From: a virus
Reading direction: 5' to 3' (one strand)
Virus record (IMG/VR): IMGVR_UViG_3300044844_000506
Coordinates: 1-64,000 of that record
DNA length: 64,000 bases
Made by a program: the position numbers and the translations under genes. Of this stretch, positions 27,956 to 38,140 are shown piece after piece. How positions within the stretch are numbered: the stretch's first letter is position 1; each line of letters opens with the position of its first letter. The notes below the pieces were generated by a model that saw only the letters and a program-made list of their open reading frames with translations, did no database searches and had not been told where the DNA came from.

Positions 27956-28215
27956 TCCTCGTCATCTTCTTCATCCTCTTCTTCATCCTCAACGACTTCA
28001 ACAGTCTTTTGAACATGAATAGTTACTACATTATAGAAGTCATTCTCTGATGTATACTTATCTGCATTAATATAGGAATGTTCGTAAACATCCTTTACAT
28101 ACGCAGATTGTACAATATCATATTCAGAGAATATCATTACAGGCATTGTTGGATCAAATTTCTGTAGTAGATTTATTAATTCCCTTACATTTAATGTAGG
28201 TAACTTTTGTTGCAT
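27946..28215 (-). CDS. Hypothetical protein
   Basis: VxELIxxLQKFDPxMPV motif. Confidence 0.65.
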   Translation of the reverse strand: MQQKLPTLNVRELINLLQKFDPTMPVMIFSEYDIVQSAYVKDVYEHSYINADKYTSENDFYNVVTIHVQKTVEVVEDEEEDEEDDEEWS

Positions 28216-29517
28216 TTATTCCTCTGAGATTAGTTCACCCTCGTAATCCTTCATTTCGAGAGTTCCGTAATTAATACCAATTGGGAAAGTAAATCGAGTC
28301 TTGCTGTTTCTAGACTTCATTACATAGACCCTCATTACTCCCTGATCATATTCCTGTTCAGTTTGGTTTAATGAGATAGCTAAGTCACAGGTACGAATCT
28401 TACCATATGAATCGGCTAATTCTGTATCAGTGATTAGAGTAGACTTAGCACCTTCTCTATTTGGTTGACTAGCAGTCCAAATGATACAATTATACTCTAC
28501 ACCAAGACCTCTAAGTTCTTGAGCGATTCTCTCTTGAGCCTGATACTCTGCTAGACCTTCTGTAGTTGGGCGAAGGAGTTCTAGATAGTCAATTATGATA
28601 ATATCTGGAGTAAACTCTTCGTAATTATGAATCTGATTAATTAAAGCCCTAATAGTATTTGCGTTGGCTCTTCCTGTTGGGAACTCTTTAATAACCAGTC
28701 TACTCTCAGGAAATGCTTCCTTGAAAGTAGCAAGTCTCTTCTTCAAAAGATCCTGATTGTCCTTCAGCTTCTCTTGTGGAATTAAACTCATTACTGAGTC
28801 AAATCTTTGAGCGATTCTATCTTCACTCATCTCTAGAGAGATATAAAGAACCTTACGATTTTCCGTAAGTGCCTTTACTGCCTGATTGACTAGGTAAATA
28901 GACTTTCCTCTACCCGATCCAGCAACAACCATGCACAACTCTTTTCTTGCTGGACCACCCTCCATAGTCTTGTTCAGTTCATTAAAGACTGTGGAAAAAC
29001 GATTGGTGCTGTTAGTATCAGTTAATCTTACCCAACGCTCTGTAACATCGGTAAAGTAGTTTTGACCTAGGTTAAGATCTCTACTGATAGTTAGAGCCTT
29101 CTTTACTTCTAACTCAACATCACCAAATCTATCATCCTTGATTAACTGAATGCTCTTTGAGATAGCTAACTTAATAGCCTCCTTCTTAGCAAAGCGTTCA
29201 ATTAGGTCTAGATAGTAGGTTCTATTCTCTAGAGATGTCTTGTCTAGATTATTAATCCATTCAAGTTCATCCTCATAATCACTAATCTTAGTCTTGTCTG
29301 TAAGGTGAGTCTTTATCTGCTCAACAATTACATGATCATTGGGTAGTACCTTATACTTATCGTAGTGAGATACAACAACATCAAAAATTAAACGATGTGA
29401 GTCAAACTCAAAATATTCAGACTTTACAAGATTAATAATCTGTAGATAGAAATCCTTATCAGACTTGAGTAGATAAATGATTCCTCTCTGAATAGAGTCA
29501 ACGAATTTATATGCCAT
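28216..29517 (-). CDS. DnaB/gp41-like replicative helicase
   Basis: AGSGRGKS, ISLEMSE, IKEFPT, IIDYLEL, WTASQPNR, KSRN. Confidence 0.93.
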   Translation of the reverse strand: MAYKFVDSIQRGIIYLLKSDKDFYLQIINLVKSEYFEFDSHRLIFDVVVSHYDKYKVLPNDHVIVEQIKTHLTDKTKISDYEDELEWINNLDKTSLENRTYYLDLIERFAKKEAIKLAISKSIQLIKDDRFGDVELEVKKALTISRDLNLGQNYFTDVTERWVRLTDTNSTNRFSTVFNELNKTMEGGPARKELCMVVAGSGRGKSIYLVNQAVKALTENRKVLYISLEMSEDRIAQRFDSVMSLIPQEKLKDNQDLLKKRLATFKEAFPESRLVIKEFPTGRANANTIRALINQIHNYEEFTPDIIIIDYLELLRPTTEGLAEYQAQERIAQELRGLGVEYNCIIWTASQPNREGAKSTLITDTELADSYGKIRTCDLAISLNQTEQEYDQGVMRVYVMKSRNSKTRFTFPIGINYGTLEMKDYEGELISEE

Positions 29518-29670
29518 ATTTATTTGCTTTGGTTTAAACAGTCAGCGTGCCAATAAAACATTTCTTTGGGACCGAAGTGCTGCTCACTATCATAATAGTG
29601 TCTTGCACTTAGTTTTTGTTTAGGATCTTCAAGGTCAATGTCGTTGTGACAAAAACAACACTTGACGATT

Positions 29671-30075
29671 TTACTTTTTACGGTTTTTGCTTTTGTAATT
29701 ATTTTCAGCAGCTTCAGCATGACGCTTTCTAATGGGATCCACTCTGCGATGATCGTCTTCAGTCATTAACTTTCCACCCATACGCTCCGCATGATCACGT
29801 TTTATAGTGTATGTTGCATAAGGTGAACTCTTTGACTGATTATCAAGAATCTGTTTAGTATCCTCGATAGACTCTCTAAGAAGATTATTATAGTCTGATT
29901 GTTTAAACTTAGGCTTAGATGTAGGATTGGCTACTCTAAAGTTAGGAGCCATTATAGATCTTTTACCTTGTTTTCCACATTCAGGACACTTCTTACGTTG
30001 GGGAGGATTTTTCATATCTCCCTCCCCTTCGTAATGAATCTCACATTTAGCACATTCGAAAATGTACGTTGCCAT
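29671..30075 (-). CDS. FmdB-type zinc-ribbon protein
   Basis: MATYIFECAKC...CPECG. Confidence 0.75.
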   Translation of the reverse strand: MATYIFECAKCEIHYEGEGDMKNPPQRKKCPECGKQGKRSIMAPNFRVANPTSKPKFKQSDYNNLLRESIEDTKQILDNQSKSSPYATYTIKRDHAERMGGKLMTEDDHRRVDPIRKRHAEAAENNYKSKNRKK

Positions 30076-31973
30076 TAACTGCCACACTCTCCACCGTTTA
30101 GACCACAAGCAGCACTATCAGTTACTTCAGCAAGAACCTCTTCGTGCTTCATATACTTCTTAATGTTCTCTTCTGTAAGAGGAATTGCACTAAGAGGCTC
30201 ATTACCCTTACTTCCAGCACGATAGATAGTCATACCCTTTAGATATTGCATATACTGAAGTGCTACTGGGCTAAGGTCTTCCCACTTAGTTTCTTTGGGA
30301 AGGTTAATTGTCTTGCTGATGCTGTTGTCAATATACTTCTGGATTTCAGCTTGTACTCTTAGATGCTCATCAGGTGTTACATCATAAGCACCAACGAATA
30401 CACTTAAATCCTTACCTTGATTATAGAACTCTTGGAATAAAGGCTCAACAATTACTTGCTCCTTCCAAACATTAGCATGACGATAACGTCTCATGTATGC
30501 CCATGAGAAGATAGGTTCAATACCTGTTGATGTTTCCATCAACATTCCAATTGTGCCTGTTGGAGCACAAGTAAGTAGTACGGAGTTACGAATACCATGC
30601 TGCTTAATTAACATTCTAATTCTTGGAGGAAGAGTCTTAGCATACTCTTGTTCAAGATACTTCTTTGCATCAAACGCAGAGAAAGCACTCTTGTCTCTTG
30701 AGATATAAACTGAAGTTAAGTAAGCCTCATCACGAATAGTAGTAAATAGTCTACCTAGGAATTCAATGCACTTATCACTACCATATCGGATTCCTAACTT
30801 AATGAGCATATAGTGCAAGCCCATTACCCCTAAACCAATTCTGCGAACCTTAAAGCTCTCAGCCTTGCATTCCTCTAAAGGATAATGGTTTAAAGTAAGG
30901 ACGTTATCTAGGAATCTAACCCCTGTCCTTACGGCATTCGCCAGACGCTTCCAGTCTACGTCAGAGCCGTCTGGAAGCACCATCTGAGGTAGGTTGATAT
31001 GCCCTAGGCAGCAGTTGTTATACGGCCCCATAGGGATTTCTCCACAAGGATTGGTGCAGTCTAATTCCTGAGCATAACCGATTGAGCTATGCTTTTGAGC
31101 GAGGTCAATATTGAAGAAACCAGGATCTCCACATTCTACGCTGGACTTAAAGATTCTTTCCCATAAATCCTTGGCACGAATATCTACCTGACCCTCTACT
31201 TCGAATACGTCTGTCCAACTAGCTCTATGATGCTGTTCTGCCCTCTTAATTGCCTCTTGAGCATTCATACCAATTACTTCAATGTAATCAGTTTTTTCAG
31301 CATTTGATCTCTTTAGACGATAGACATTATAACGTCTATTGTTAAATGTAAAATGCCAAGGTTCATCATTCTCTACTGCTTCAATAAATCTGTCTGTAAT
31401 ACCTACAGAGATATTGAAGTTGTTTAATTCGTGCTTGTTTAACTTTACATCTAAGAACTCTAGAATGTCTGGGTGAGTAATATTAAGAATTGCAATGAGT
31501 GCTGTTCTTCTGTTCTTACCAGCACGAACTTGATCACCTACTGAGTTGATCATTCTCATTACTGAGATAGATCCTGGTGCTGAGTTCTTAATATTGTTAA
31601 TATCGTCTCCCTTTGGGCGAATCTTGGAGAAATTAAATCCAATACCTCCACCACCACAGGAAATCTTATAAACGTCAGAAAGTAACTTAGCGATAGAACC
31701 TACGTTATCTTCTACTCCAAGAACGTAGCAGTTAAGAAGGTTTTGACGATCTCTTCCAGCACCGAAGATAATTCTTCCACCAGGAACAAAATCACCAGAA
31801 CCTAGTACTTCATAGAACTTCTGAAATACTGATTCCTTATCTTCATCCTTTTCACAAGAAGCCATAGTCTTAGCCATGACTTTAGCTCTCTCACCCCAAG
31901 ATTCTTCTCCTGGATAAGCATAACGAGCCTTAAATATTTCTTGACCTACAGTACCTAATTGTTTTAATGCCAT
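30075..31973 (-). CDS. nrdJ: Class II (B12-dependent) ribonucleotide reductase
   Basis: PGGRI, NCYV, TNPCGEI, APTGT, SISKTINLP, C-terminal Cys pair; no nrdB in the window. Confidence 0.88.
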   Translation of the reverse strand: MALKQLGTVGQEIFKARYAYPGEESWGERAKVMAKTMASCEKDEDKESVFQKFYEVLGSGDFVPGGRIIFGAGRDRQNLLNCYVLGVEDNVGSIAKLLSDVYKISCGGGGIGFNFSKIRPKGDDINNIKNSAPGSISVMRMINSVGDQVRAGKNRRTALIAILNITHPDILEFLDVKLNKHELNNFNISVGITDRFIEAVENDEPWHFTFNNRRYNVYRLKRSNAEKTDYIEVIGMNAQEAIKRAEQHHRASWTDVFEVEGQVDIRAKDLWERIFKSSVECGDPGFFNIDLAQKHSSIGYAQELDCTNPCGEIPMGPYNNCCLGHINLPQMVLPDGSDVDWKRLANAVRTGVRFLDNVLTLNHYPLEECKAESFKVRRIGLGVMGLHYMLIKLGIRYGSDKCIEFLGRLFTTIRDEAYLTSVYISRDKSAFSAFDAKKYLEQEYAKTLPPRIRMLIKQHGIRNSVLLTCAPTGTIGMLMETSTGIEPIFSWAYMRRYRHANVWKEQVIVEPLFQEFYNQGKDLSVFVGAYDVTPDEHLRVQAEIQKYIDNSISKTINLPKETKWEDLSPVALQYMQYLKGMTIYRAGSKGNEPLSAIPLTEENIKKYMKHEEVLAEVTDSAACGLNGGECGS

Positions 31974-32032
31974 ATATCCTCTTAAAATATGTAATAATAT
32001 GTATGAGCAATCTCAATACATTGTAACTTTTT

Positions 32033-33625
32033 CTAATTTTTTAGTCTTGTAATACCGTTCTTTTTTACAAGAGAAATTTTAGAATGTTCAGCTAATAAAT
32101 CCTTCAAGGTTGAATTATGAGTAATAACAAGGATTAGTTTATCCTTGGAAAGTTCTTGAAGTAGATTGTATATTCCTTGTATCGACTCATCATCTATAGA
32201 TTCAACTACTTCATCAAGTAATAAGAGATTAAACTTATTCTTGTTAGTAAACCCAAGAAGACCTTGCAAAGCCAATAATACAGCAAAGTTAATTTTCTTT
32301 CTTTCACCACCAGATAAAGATGCAAAAATTATTTCCTCTCCATTGACAAATACCTTCTCTTGTAGAGAATCATCAAACATTACCATAAACTTACCATTAG
32401 TAGTATATGAAAGGTAATGATTGCATCTGTCGTTGAAGTAATTTAAAACATTGCGAATAATATACTTAACAAAACCCTGTTCAGAGAAAACAATCTCCCA
32501 GAACTTAAGTATATCTATATCTTTTGTTACAGTTCCCTTATCGGTATAAACACCAGACAGATTAGAGTTGTACTGCTCTTTTAAGTTATTTAACGTCTGT
32601 ATTGAAACTTGTAACGAATGTAATTCATCTAGCTTCTTAAAATCACTAGAGGAGATAGGGATGTTTATATTGTTTAACTGAGACTTATAAAAATTACAGT
32701 CTCCTGTTAATTTCTGTAGCTGATCTTCAAGTCTGAGAAGATCTTGATTACAAGCATCTTTCCAGTTATCAGGCTTTTTATTTAAGATTGAGTTACACTG
32801 GTAGCAGACTTCGTGATCCTTGTTATTCTTAATTTCCTTCTGGATAACTTTGATTTCAGTTTCCACAGAGGATTTCGAATTACTAAGGTCTGAGTACTCT
32901 TTTTCGAGATTACGCTTCTTTGCTTCGAGTTGTTCGATTGATTCAAGGGTGATATTTCCAATAAGATTGTTATTACGTTTGATTGTATCAATCTTTTCGT
33001 TAGCTGCCTTTACTTTGGATTCAATGTCCTTGATATTTTTATTGTATTCATTAATCAATGCATCCTTAGATTTTAATACTGAAGACTGAGTAGACTTGTA
33101 ATCCTTGATCTTGTCTCTCATCTTAAAGACTTCATCTAAGTTAAGGAAGTTCTTTAAGATAATTCTCTTGTCTTCTAAAGACGCTGAAATGAAGTCGAAA
33201 TCATTCTGTTGACCCCATACCGTTGAAGCTACAAATGTCTTGTAGTTTAGGTTGAAGTATTTTTCTACTTCTGCCTGAGTCGCGGTAATGGATTCTTGAG
33301 TTCTATCGTCACCATTTACAATGAATCTCAAGAAATTGGGTCTACGGGTACGTTCAATAACTACTCTTCCGTTGTCTAGTTTAATCCTGACTAGACATTC
33401 CTTCTTATGTTTGTTATTTACTAATGCCTCTTCCGTAGACTTGCGAATCGTCTTTCCATAAAGACCCCAAACTATAGCCTCAAAAATAGACGATTTACCA
33501 CTACCGTTACTGCCACCGATATCCTTATTCTTGCCTTCTACAAATACAATTCCGCTGTCATTAAACTCTAAACTAATATCTCCGATAGAGTAAAAGTTCT
33601 TAATCTCAATATTACTTAGGTTCAT
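32033..33625 (-). CDS. gp46/SbcC-like SMC ATPase
   Basis: NGSGKSS, CxxC hook, LSGGE, LLDE, ITH. Confidence 0.93.
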   Translation of the reverse strand: MNLSNIEIKNFYSIGDISLEFNDSGIVFVEGKNKDIGGSNGSGKSSIFEAIVWGLYGKTIRKSTEEALVNNKHKKECLVRIKLDNGRVVIERTRRPNFLRFIVNGDDRTQESITATQAEVEKYFNLNYKTFVASTVWGQQNDFDFISASLEDKRIILKNFLNLDEVFKMRDKIKDYKSTQSSVLKSKDALINEYNKNIKDIESKVKAANEKIDTIKRNNNLIGNITLESIEQLEAKKRNLEKEYSDLSNSKSSVETEIKVIQKEIKNNKDHEVCYQCNSILNKKPDNWKDACNQDLLRLEDQLQKLTGDCNFYKSQLNNINIPISSSDFKKLDELHSLQVSIQTLNNLKEQYNSNLSGVYTDKGTVTKDIDILKFWEIVFSEQGFVKYIIRNVLNYFNDRCNHYLSYTTNGKFMVMFDDSLQEKVFVNGEEIIFASLSGGERKKINFAVLLALQGLLGFTNKNKFNLLLLDEVVESIDDESIQGIYNLLQELSKDKLILVITHNSTLKDLLAEHSKISLVKKNGITRLKN

Positions 33626-34631
33626 TTAATTCTTTAACTTTATTAAGAATCCCCATAACTTCTTCCTTAGAGTACGGGAAATCTAGTTTACTTAGATACT
33701 CTTCAAACGTAGCATCATTAAATTCACCAGGAGATACTAAATAAGGATTTTGGTTAGCTACTAATTCTAGGTCTGGATTGATATATTTAATATCAACGTA
33801 GTTAACCTTATACTCTTCTATTAGTTTCTTAATTAGATCAGGGATGTATACTTTATCTGAGGGATTTAGTAACACCCTGACAATGTTATAATACTTAACT
33901 GTGTCTAATTTTTTTGGTAGATCCTGAAGTTCTTGCAGGGTACAGTTAATGTATCTAGGTCCGCCTACGAACGGAACTTTTTCAAATACCGTTTTATTTG
34001 AATAGACTTTTAGAAGCCCAAGATTTCCTTTATGTTCAGCTTCGAAAAACGACGTTGGATATGGGGTTCCAAGTATCTCAATGTTGTGGTGAACGGTAGG
34101 ACGATGGATATGCCCAAGAAAAGTACGAGCGCAAAGCTGGCTAGGGTCAATACTAAAATCGTAATCACCGATAGAATTAATGCAGCCTCGATAGCCGAAA
34201 TGACCAAAAACATAATCGTCGCTGGTAACTTTGTTATCGTAGAGATAGTTATAAATTTTTTGCTCATCTTCATAGTGCGGAATAAGGTGTGCCGTTCTAC
34301 CACCTATTTCAATTATATAGGGCTTATTACATATTTTTACGTTATCGCTATTAAATAGACTTAAATAAGTTAAACCGTCATCTGATTTATTTGATGCATC
34401 ATGATTGCCCATTAAAACATAGCAATCCATGTCAATGTAATCAAATAATTCTTTGATCTTAAGTAATACCTCTGGAGTAGGTTTTCTCTTATCTGAGATA
34501 TCTCCTAAAAAGATAACCTGTTGGGGTTTATGCTTGTTGATATTATCTTTAATAGCTTGTATTTGGTGATCTAAATATCCAGGATACTTGTTATCAAAAT
34601 GAGTATCACCAATAATAAGATATTTAATCAT
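33612..34631 (-). CDS. gp47/SbcD-like nuclease
   Basis: GDTH, LGD, GNHD, GHIH. Confidence 0.92.
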   Translation of the reverse strand: MIKYLIIGDTHFDNKYPGYLDHQIQAIKDNINKHKPQQVIFLGDISDKRKPTPEVLLKIKELFDYIDMDCYVLMGNHDASNKSDDGLTYLSLFNSDNVKICNKPYIIEIGGRTAHLIPHYEDEQKIYNYLYDNKVTSDDYVFGHFGYRGCINSIGDYDFSIDPSQLCARTFLGHIHRPTVHHNIEILGTPYPTSFFEAEHKGNLGLLKVYSNKTVFEKVPFVGGPRYINCTLQELQDLPKKLDTVKYYNIVRVLLNPSDKVYIPDLIKKLIEEYKVNYVDIKYINPDLELVANQNPYLVSPGEFNDATFEEYLSKLDFPYSKEEVMGILNKVKELNEPK

Positions 34632-35011
34632 ACAGGTGTTTCCTCTTTTTCACATTCATCACATAGAGTTTTTTCCCATCCCCATACAGTCATGGTTTTT
34701 CCAGCCTGTCCACAATATTCGCAAACTTTAGCTGATTTTATCTCTGCTTCATCTACAAAATCATAAAACAAATCTATGCCTAAATTTCCCTGCAATCTAA
34801 GTGTTCCATATTTTTCTTTAACGACTACTATACCCTGAAATTGTTTTTCAGGAATATTCTCTGGAAATTTTTCCATGTAGTCCATCATCTTAGAACAAGT
34901 TTCATCTACTATAGTGTTCCAACCTCTGCCACATTCAAATCTCTCTTTACCACTTCGCAAGTTACGAAACAGCATAGGATACTTTTCAATGATTTCTTTT
35001 TGGGTAATCAT
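34628..35011 (-). CDS. Conserved phage Zn-binding protein
   Basis: ECGxGW, KEKYGxLR, CExCG, GWxxTLC. Confidence 0.75.
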   Translation of the reverse strand: MITQKEIIEKYPMLFRNLRSGKERFECGRGWNTIVDETCSKMMDYMEKFPENIPEKQFQGIVVVKEKYGTLRLQGNLGIDLFYDFVDEAEIKSAKVCEYCGQAGKTMTVWGWEKTLCDECEKEETPV

Positions 35012-35709
35012 AGTTCTATACCTAATCTATCTAGGTCTGTATTAATTTGATCTTTAATTAGCTTCGCATACATCTGAATCTCTTTCTGTGCATCTGGCTT
35101 AAGTCTCTGATTAAGGAAATGCAGAACTGCCTGTAGAGATACAGTCCAATAAGATTCAGAGTAGATATTTTGTGGAAGAACCAATCGGGCTTGTTCTCTA
35201 GCTACACCAGAGTCAATGAATGCTTTATATGTTCTATATGCCTCATCGCACGCTAATTTAATTCTATACTGTAAAACAACCTGATCTAATTCTGGATTAG
35301 AATCTGAAGATTGTTTATTGTGTTTGGTATTAGATCTAAATTCGTTAGGATAGAAAAACTCTGGTTCCAATTCTGTGTATCTACCAGACACTTCATTCCA
35401 TGAGCAACCTTTATCTGAATCATAAAGTTCGTTACTCATCCATGTAGAACCTATTTGATATTTCTTCCACTGATTAAATACAAAAATAGGTGCCTTGATA
35501 TGGAAGGTATAGTAGGTATGCCTGAATGGGCTGGTATGCTCATTATCCCATAAAAACTTTACTAACTTCTCATCCTTTTCATCAAATGCTTCTTTACGTT
35601 TGCCATGAGAGATTCTAGCTGCATTGACTACCTTTAATGCAGTATCGTGCTGCATTTTATCAACTAGATCAACAAAGCCAACATAATCATGAATAAATAA
35701 ACGAGTCAC
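35008..35709 (-). CDS. thyX: Flavin-dependent thymidylate synthase (atypical motif)
   Basis: NAARIS, HTSPF, APIFV, NEVSGRY, AREQARLVLP, AQKEI. Confidence 0.88.
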   Translation of the reverse strand: MTRLFIHDYVGFVDLVDKMQHDTALKVVNAARISHGKRKEAFDEKDEKLVKFLWDNEHTSPFRHTYYTFHIKAPIFVFNQWKKYQIGSTWMSNELYDSDKGCSWNEVSGRYTELEPEFFYPNEFRSNTKHNKQSSDSNPELDQVVLQYRIKLACDEAYRTYKAFIDSGVAREQARLVLPQNIYSESYWTVSLQAVLHFLNQRLKPDAQKEIQMYAKLIKDQINTDLDRLGIEL

Positions 35710-35984
35710 TCTGAAATTCCTTTATTACAGTCGCATTTGTTTGGGATGTATCCATAATTACTTATTGCATTACTGTCATATCCACAAGTAAAGCAATTCA
35801 TATGAAGTACAACACCAACTACTCTAATTTTATTAGTATTCTTAACTAATCTTGAAACAGATTCAGCTACTAGTAGTAGTGGTGAATCAGTATTATCATC
35901 CCAATATGTTGTTGTAGCTGGGATGCCCTCATTATCTATCCAATCAATTTCTACTTTCCATCTTTTACCGCTTGGCATAATCAC
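35706..35984 (-). CDS. Hypothetical protein
   Basis: 92-aa ORF overlapping both neighbours. Confidence 0.55.
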   Translation of the reverse strand: MIMPSGKRWKVEIDWIDNEGIPATTTYWDDNTDSPLLLVAESVSRLVKNTNKIRVVGVVLHMNCFTCGYDSNAISNYGYIPNKCDCNKGISE

Positions 35985-37105
35985 CTGTTAAGTACTTCCT
36001 CTCTGTTAATAATAGAGCCTGAGTTGCTAAATTTTACTTCTGTCTTAGCAGCAAAGTTGTTTCCAATACAAACTTCAATCTCAAGTGGAACCTTAAAGTT
36101 AAATCCTAAGGACTTTAGGAGTGGGTAGTTCCTGAGTTTATTGTACATGATTTGTAGTGTCTCTTCAGTATCATTCTTGTTTGAGATAACTTCAATAGAG
36201 TCATGTACAGTACCACAAACGTAAGAATCCAATCCACGATATTTTAACTCCCTATCTAGGTCAATTAGTCCGTAACAAACAATATCTGATGCTGAACTTT
36301 GAATGCCAAAGTTAATACCTTGACGATAACATCCATCTCTAACTTGCTGAACTGGTGAATCTACGTCTGGTAGATTTCTACGTCTTCCGAATAGAGATGT
36401 ACAGTACTTATTTTCTGTGATGGTGTTTTTTACCTCATCCATCCACTCGAAGACTCTGGGATATACTTCTTGGAACTTAGCGATTGTTCTTTCAGCTACT
36501 TCCATAGATACGTTAGCTGTTTTACTAAGTTTCCATGCACCACCACCGTATACTACAAGGAAGGATACTGACTTCGCAATCTGTCTCTCGTCATCTGTAA
36601 CTTTGCTTATTTCTTTCTCGTAGATAAGTGATGCTGTATATCTGTGAAGGTCTGCTCCTGAGTTAAAGGCTTTGATCATGTTAGTCTCATTAGCAATATG
36701 AGCTAACACTCTAAGTTCCATAGCTTTGAAGTCAGCAGTGATGAAATCATAGCCGACAGGAGAGATACAGCACTCTCGGATACTATCTACTTTTTCTCTG
36801 GGTAAGGTATGAAAGGATAATCCGAGGGGGAAATCCTTACCGTTCTTGATAGCCTTGTAGGCACCACAAGACAATCTTCCAGTAATTGTGCCTTCAGGAC
36901 GATAGTCAAAGTAAATACGGTCATTACCTGTATTGCTAAGAGCCTTCTTGGCTCCTGTAACATAGGTAGAATAAAGTTTCTCCTTTGCGCGATAAGTTTT
37001 GAGAGATGTGAAGAACTCAAGAGCTTGCTCCAACTTAGCTGTTGGTAAAGTCTCGATGTGCATCTTTGCAATATCTTCATCAGTTAACTTTTTCTTGTAG
37101 GCCAT
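35981..37105 (-). CDS. polA: Family A DNA polymerase, palm/fingers fragment (part 3)
   Basis: TITGRLSC; motif A ADFKAMELRVLAH; motif B RQIAKSVSFLVVYG; FGRRR; IQSSASD; motif C VHDS. Confidence 0.92.
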   Translation of the reverse strand: MAYKKKLTDEDIAKMHIETLPTAKLEQALEFFTSLKTYRAKEKLYSTYVTGAKKALSNTGNDRIYFDYRPEGTITGRLSCGAYKAIKNGKDFPLGLSFHTLPREKVDSIRECCISPVGYDFITADFKAMELRVLAHIANETNMIKAFNSGADLHRYTASLIYEKEISKVTDDERQIAKSVSFLVVYGGGAWKLSKTANVSMEVAERTIAKFQEVYPRVFEWMDEVKNTITENKYCTSLFGRRRNLPDVDSPVQQVRDGCYRQGINFGIQSSASDIVCYGLIDLDRELKYRGLDSYVCGTVHDSIEVISNKNDTEETLQIMYNKLRNYPLLKSLGFNFKVPLEIEVCIGNNFAAKTEVKFSNSGSIINREEVLNR

Positions 37106-37658
37106 TAAAAATCTCAGCAATTAGAGAGCGTACCGTAACTTCAAATTCCTTCTCTGTCCCATTATTATAGATATGAATGGCCCCTTCTTTCCATAAATCC
37201 GCATTTTGGAATGCTGTTTCACTAGGGCTATCCCATATCTTGCGATTATAGCCTCTCTTTAGTAATTCTTTTTCCTGAACATCAATTTCAATTATGTATA
37301 CAGGTCTATCCTTGTAGTGATTCTTTACAACTCTAAGTTCATTGGGGAATCTACAATCACTAAAGATAATAACTTCATCATTCTCTGTATAGTAATTCTT
37401 GCTAATAGCCATGTCAACCCATACATCAGGGTTTAAGGATCTAGCAAGCATACCACCAAAAATAATAAACTCTCGATACTTTTCTTTATCTCTTTCTAAC
37501 TCTTCTAATGTTAGACCTAAATTAATAGCTGCCATCTTTTTAAGTTCATCAGCAAAAGCTATACGACGAATCTTAGAGTATTCTTTTCTGGCATACTTTA
37601 TAAAGGTGTCTTTACCAGACTTACTTCTTCCAATTAATAAAATTACTGGCATCTTCAT
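37080..37658 (-). CDS. dNMP kinase-like P-loop kinase
   Basis: GRSKSGKDT, FADELK, KEKYR, SDCRFPNE, SET. Confidence 0.85.
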   Translation of the reverse strand: MKMPVILLIGRSKSGKDTFIKYARKEYSKIRRIAFADELKKMAAINLGLTLEELERDKEKYREFIIFGGMLARSLNPDVWVDMAISKNYYTENDEVIIFSDCRFPNELRVVKNHYKDRPVYIIEIDVQEKELLKRGYNRKIWDSPSETAFQNADLWKEGAIHIYNNGTEKEFEVTVRSLIAEIFNGLQEKVN

Positions 37659-38140
37659 TTGCTTGATCTCTTTTCTAGTTCTGCTTCAATTAAGTTTTCT
37701 AAAGTCTCCATAGCATTCTTATCAACACTAGGAGATCCCTTGTCGGTTTTAGTAGGAGGGTACAATCCTAAACCTTCAGAATCATGATAGAATATCTTAA
37801 TAAGATCCTTATTAGATGCAATATTATATTCTTCTTTTACAAAAGGGAACGATAGAACCTTGGACTTAGCCTCATCAACTTTACTCTTAACTCTTGAATC
37901 TAGATTGCCTAAGGTTCCATTATCAATCAGCATACCTCTATTTTCAATATCAGCTAATACTGGGATTAAAGGTGATAAAAGATTCTTGTAATGATCTGTT
38001 AGGTCCAACTTCTGAAGCTCAGAATACATCTTATGAAATAGCATTAAAGTATAATAGCTATCCATAGCATTACCTTTAGCCATCTCAGAAAGGGGCATTG
38101 ACTCCCAATCCTGCTTCTTTCCATCTTTTACTGTTAACAT
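37655..38140 (-). CDS. Family A DNA polymerase, ExoIII + thumb fragment (part 2)
   Basis: NAMDSYYT, LADIENRGMLID, NIASNKDL, KTDKGSPSVD. Confidence 0.85.
   Translation of the reverse strand: MLTVKDGKKQDWESMPLSEMAKGNAMDSYYTLMLFHKMYSELQKLDLTDHYKNLLSPLIPVLADIENRGMLIDNGTLGNLDSRVKSKVDEAKSKVLSFPFVKEEYNIASNKDLIKIFYHDSEGLGLYPPTKTDKGSPSVDKNAMETLENLIEAELEKRSSK

Noticed and set aside
37080-38140. Intron or intein interrupting polA
   Set aside because: There is no non-coding space and no splice or intein motifs. The intervening ORF is a kinase, not a homing endonuclease.
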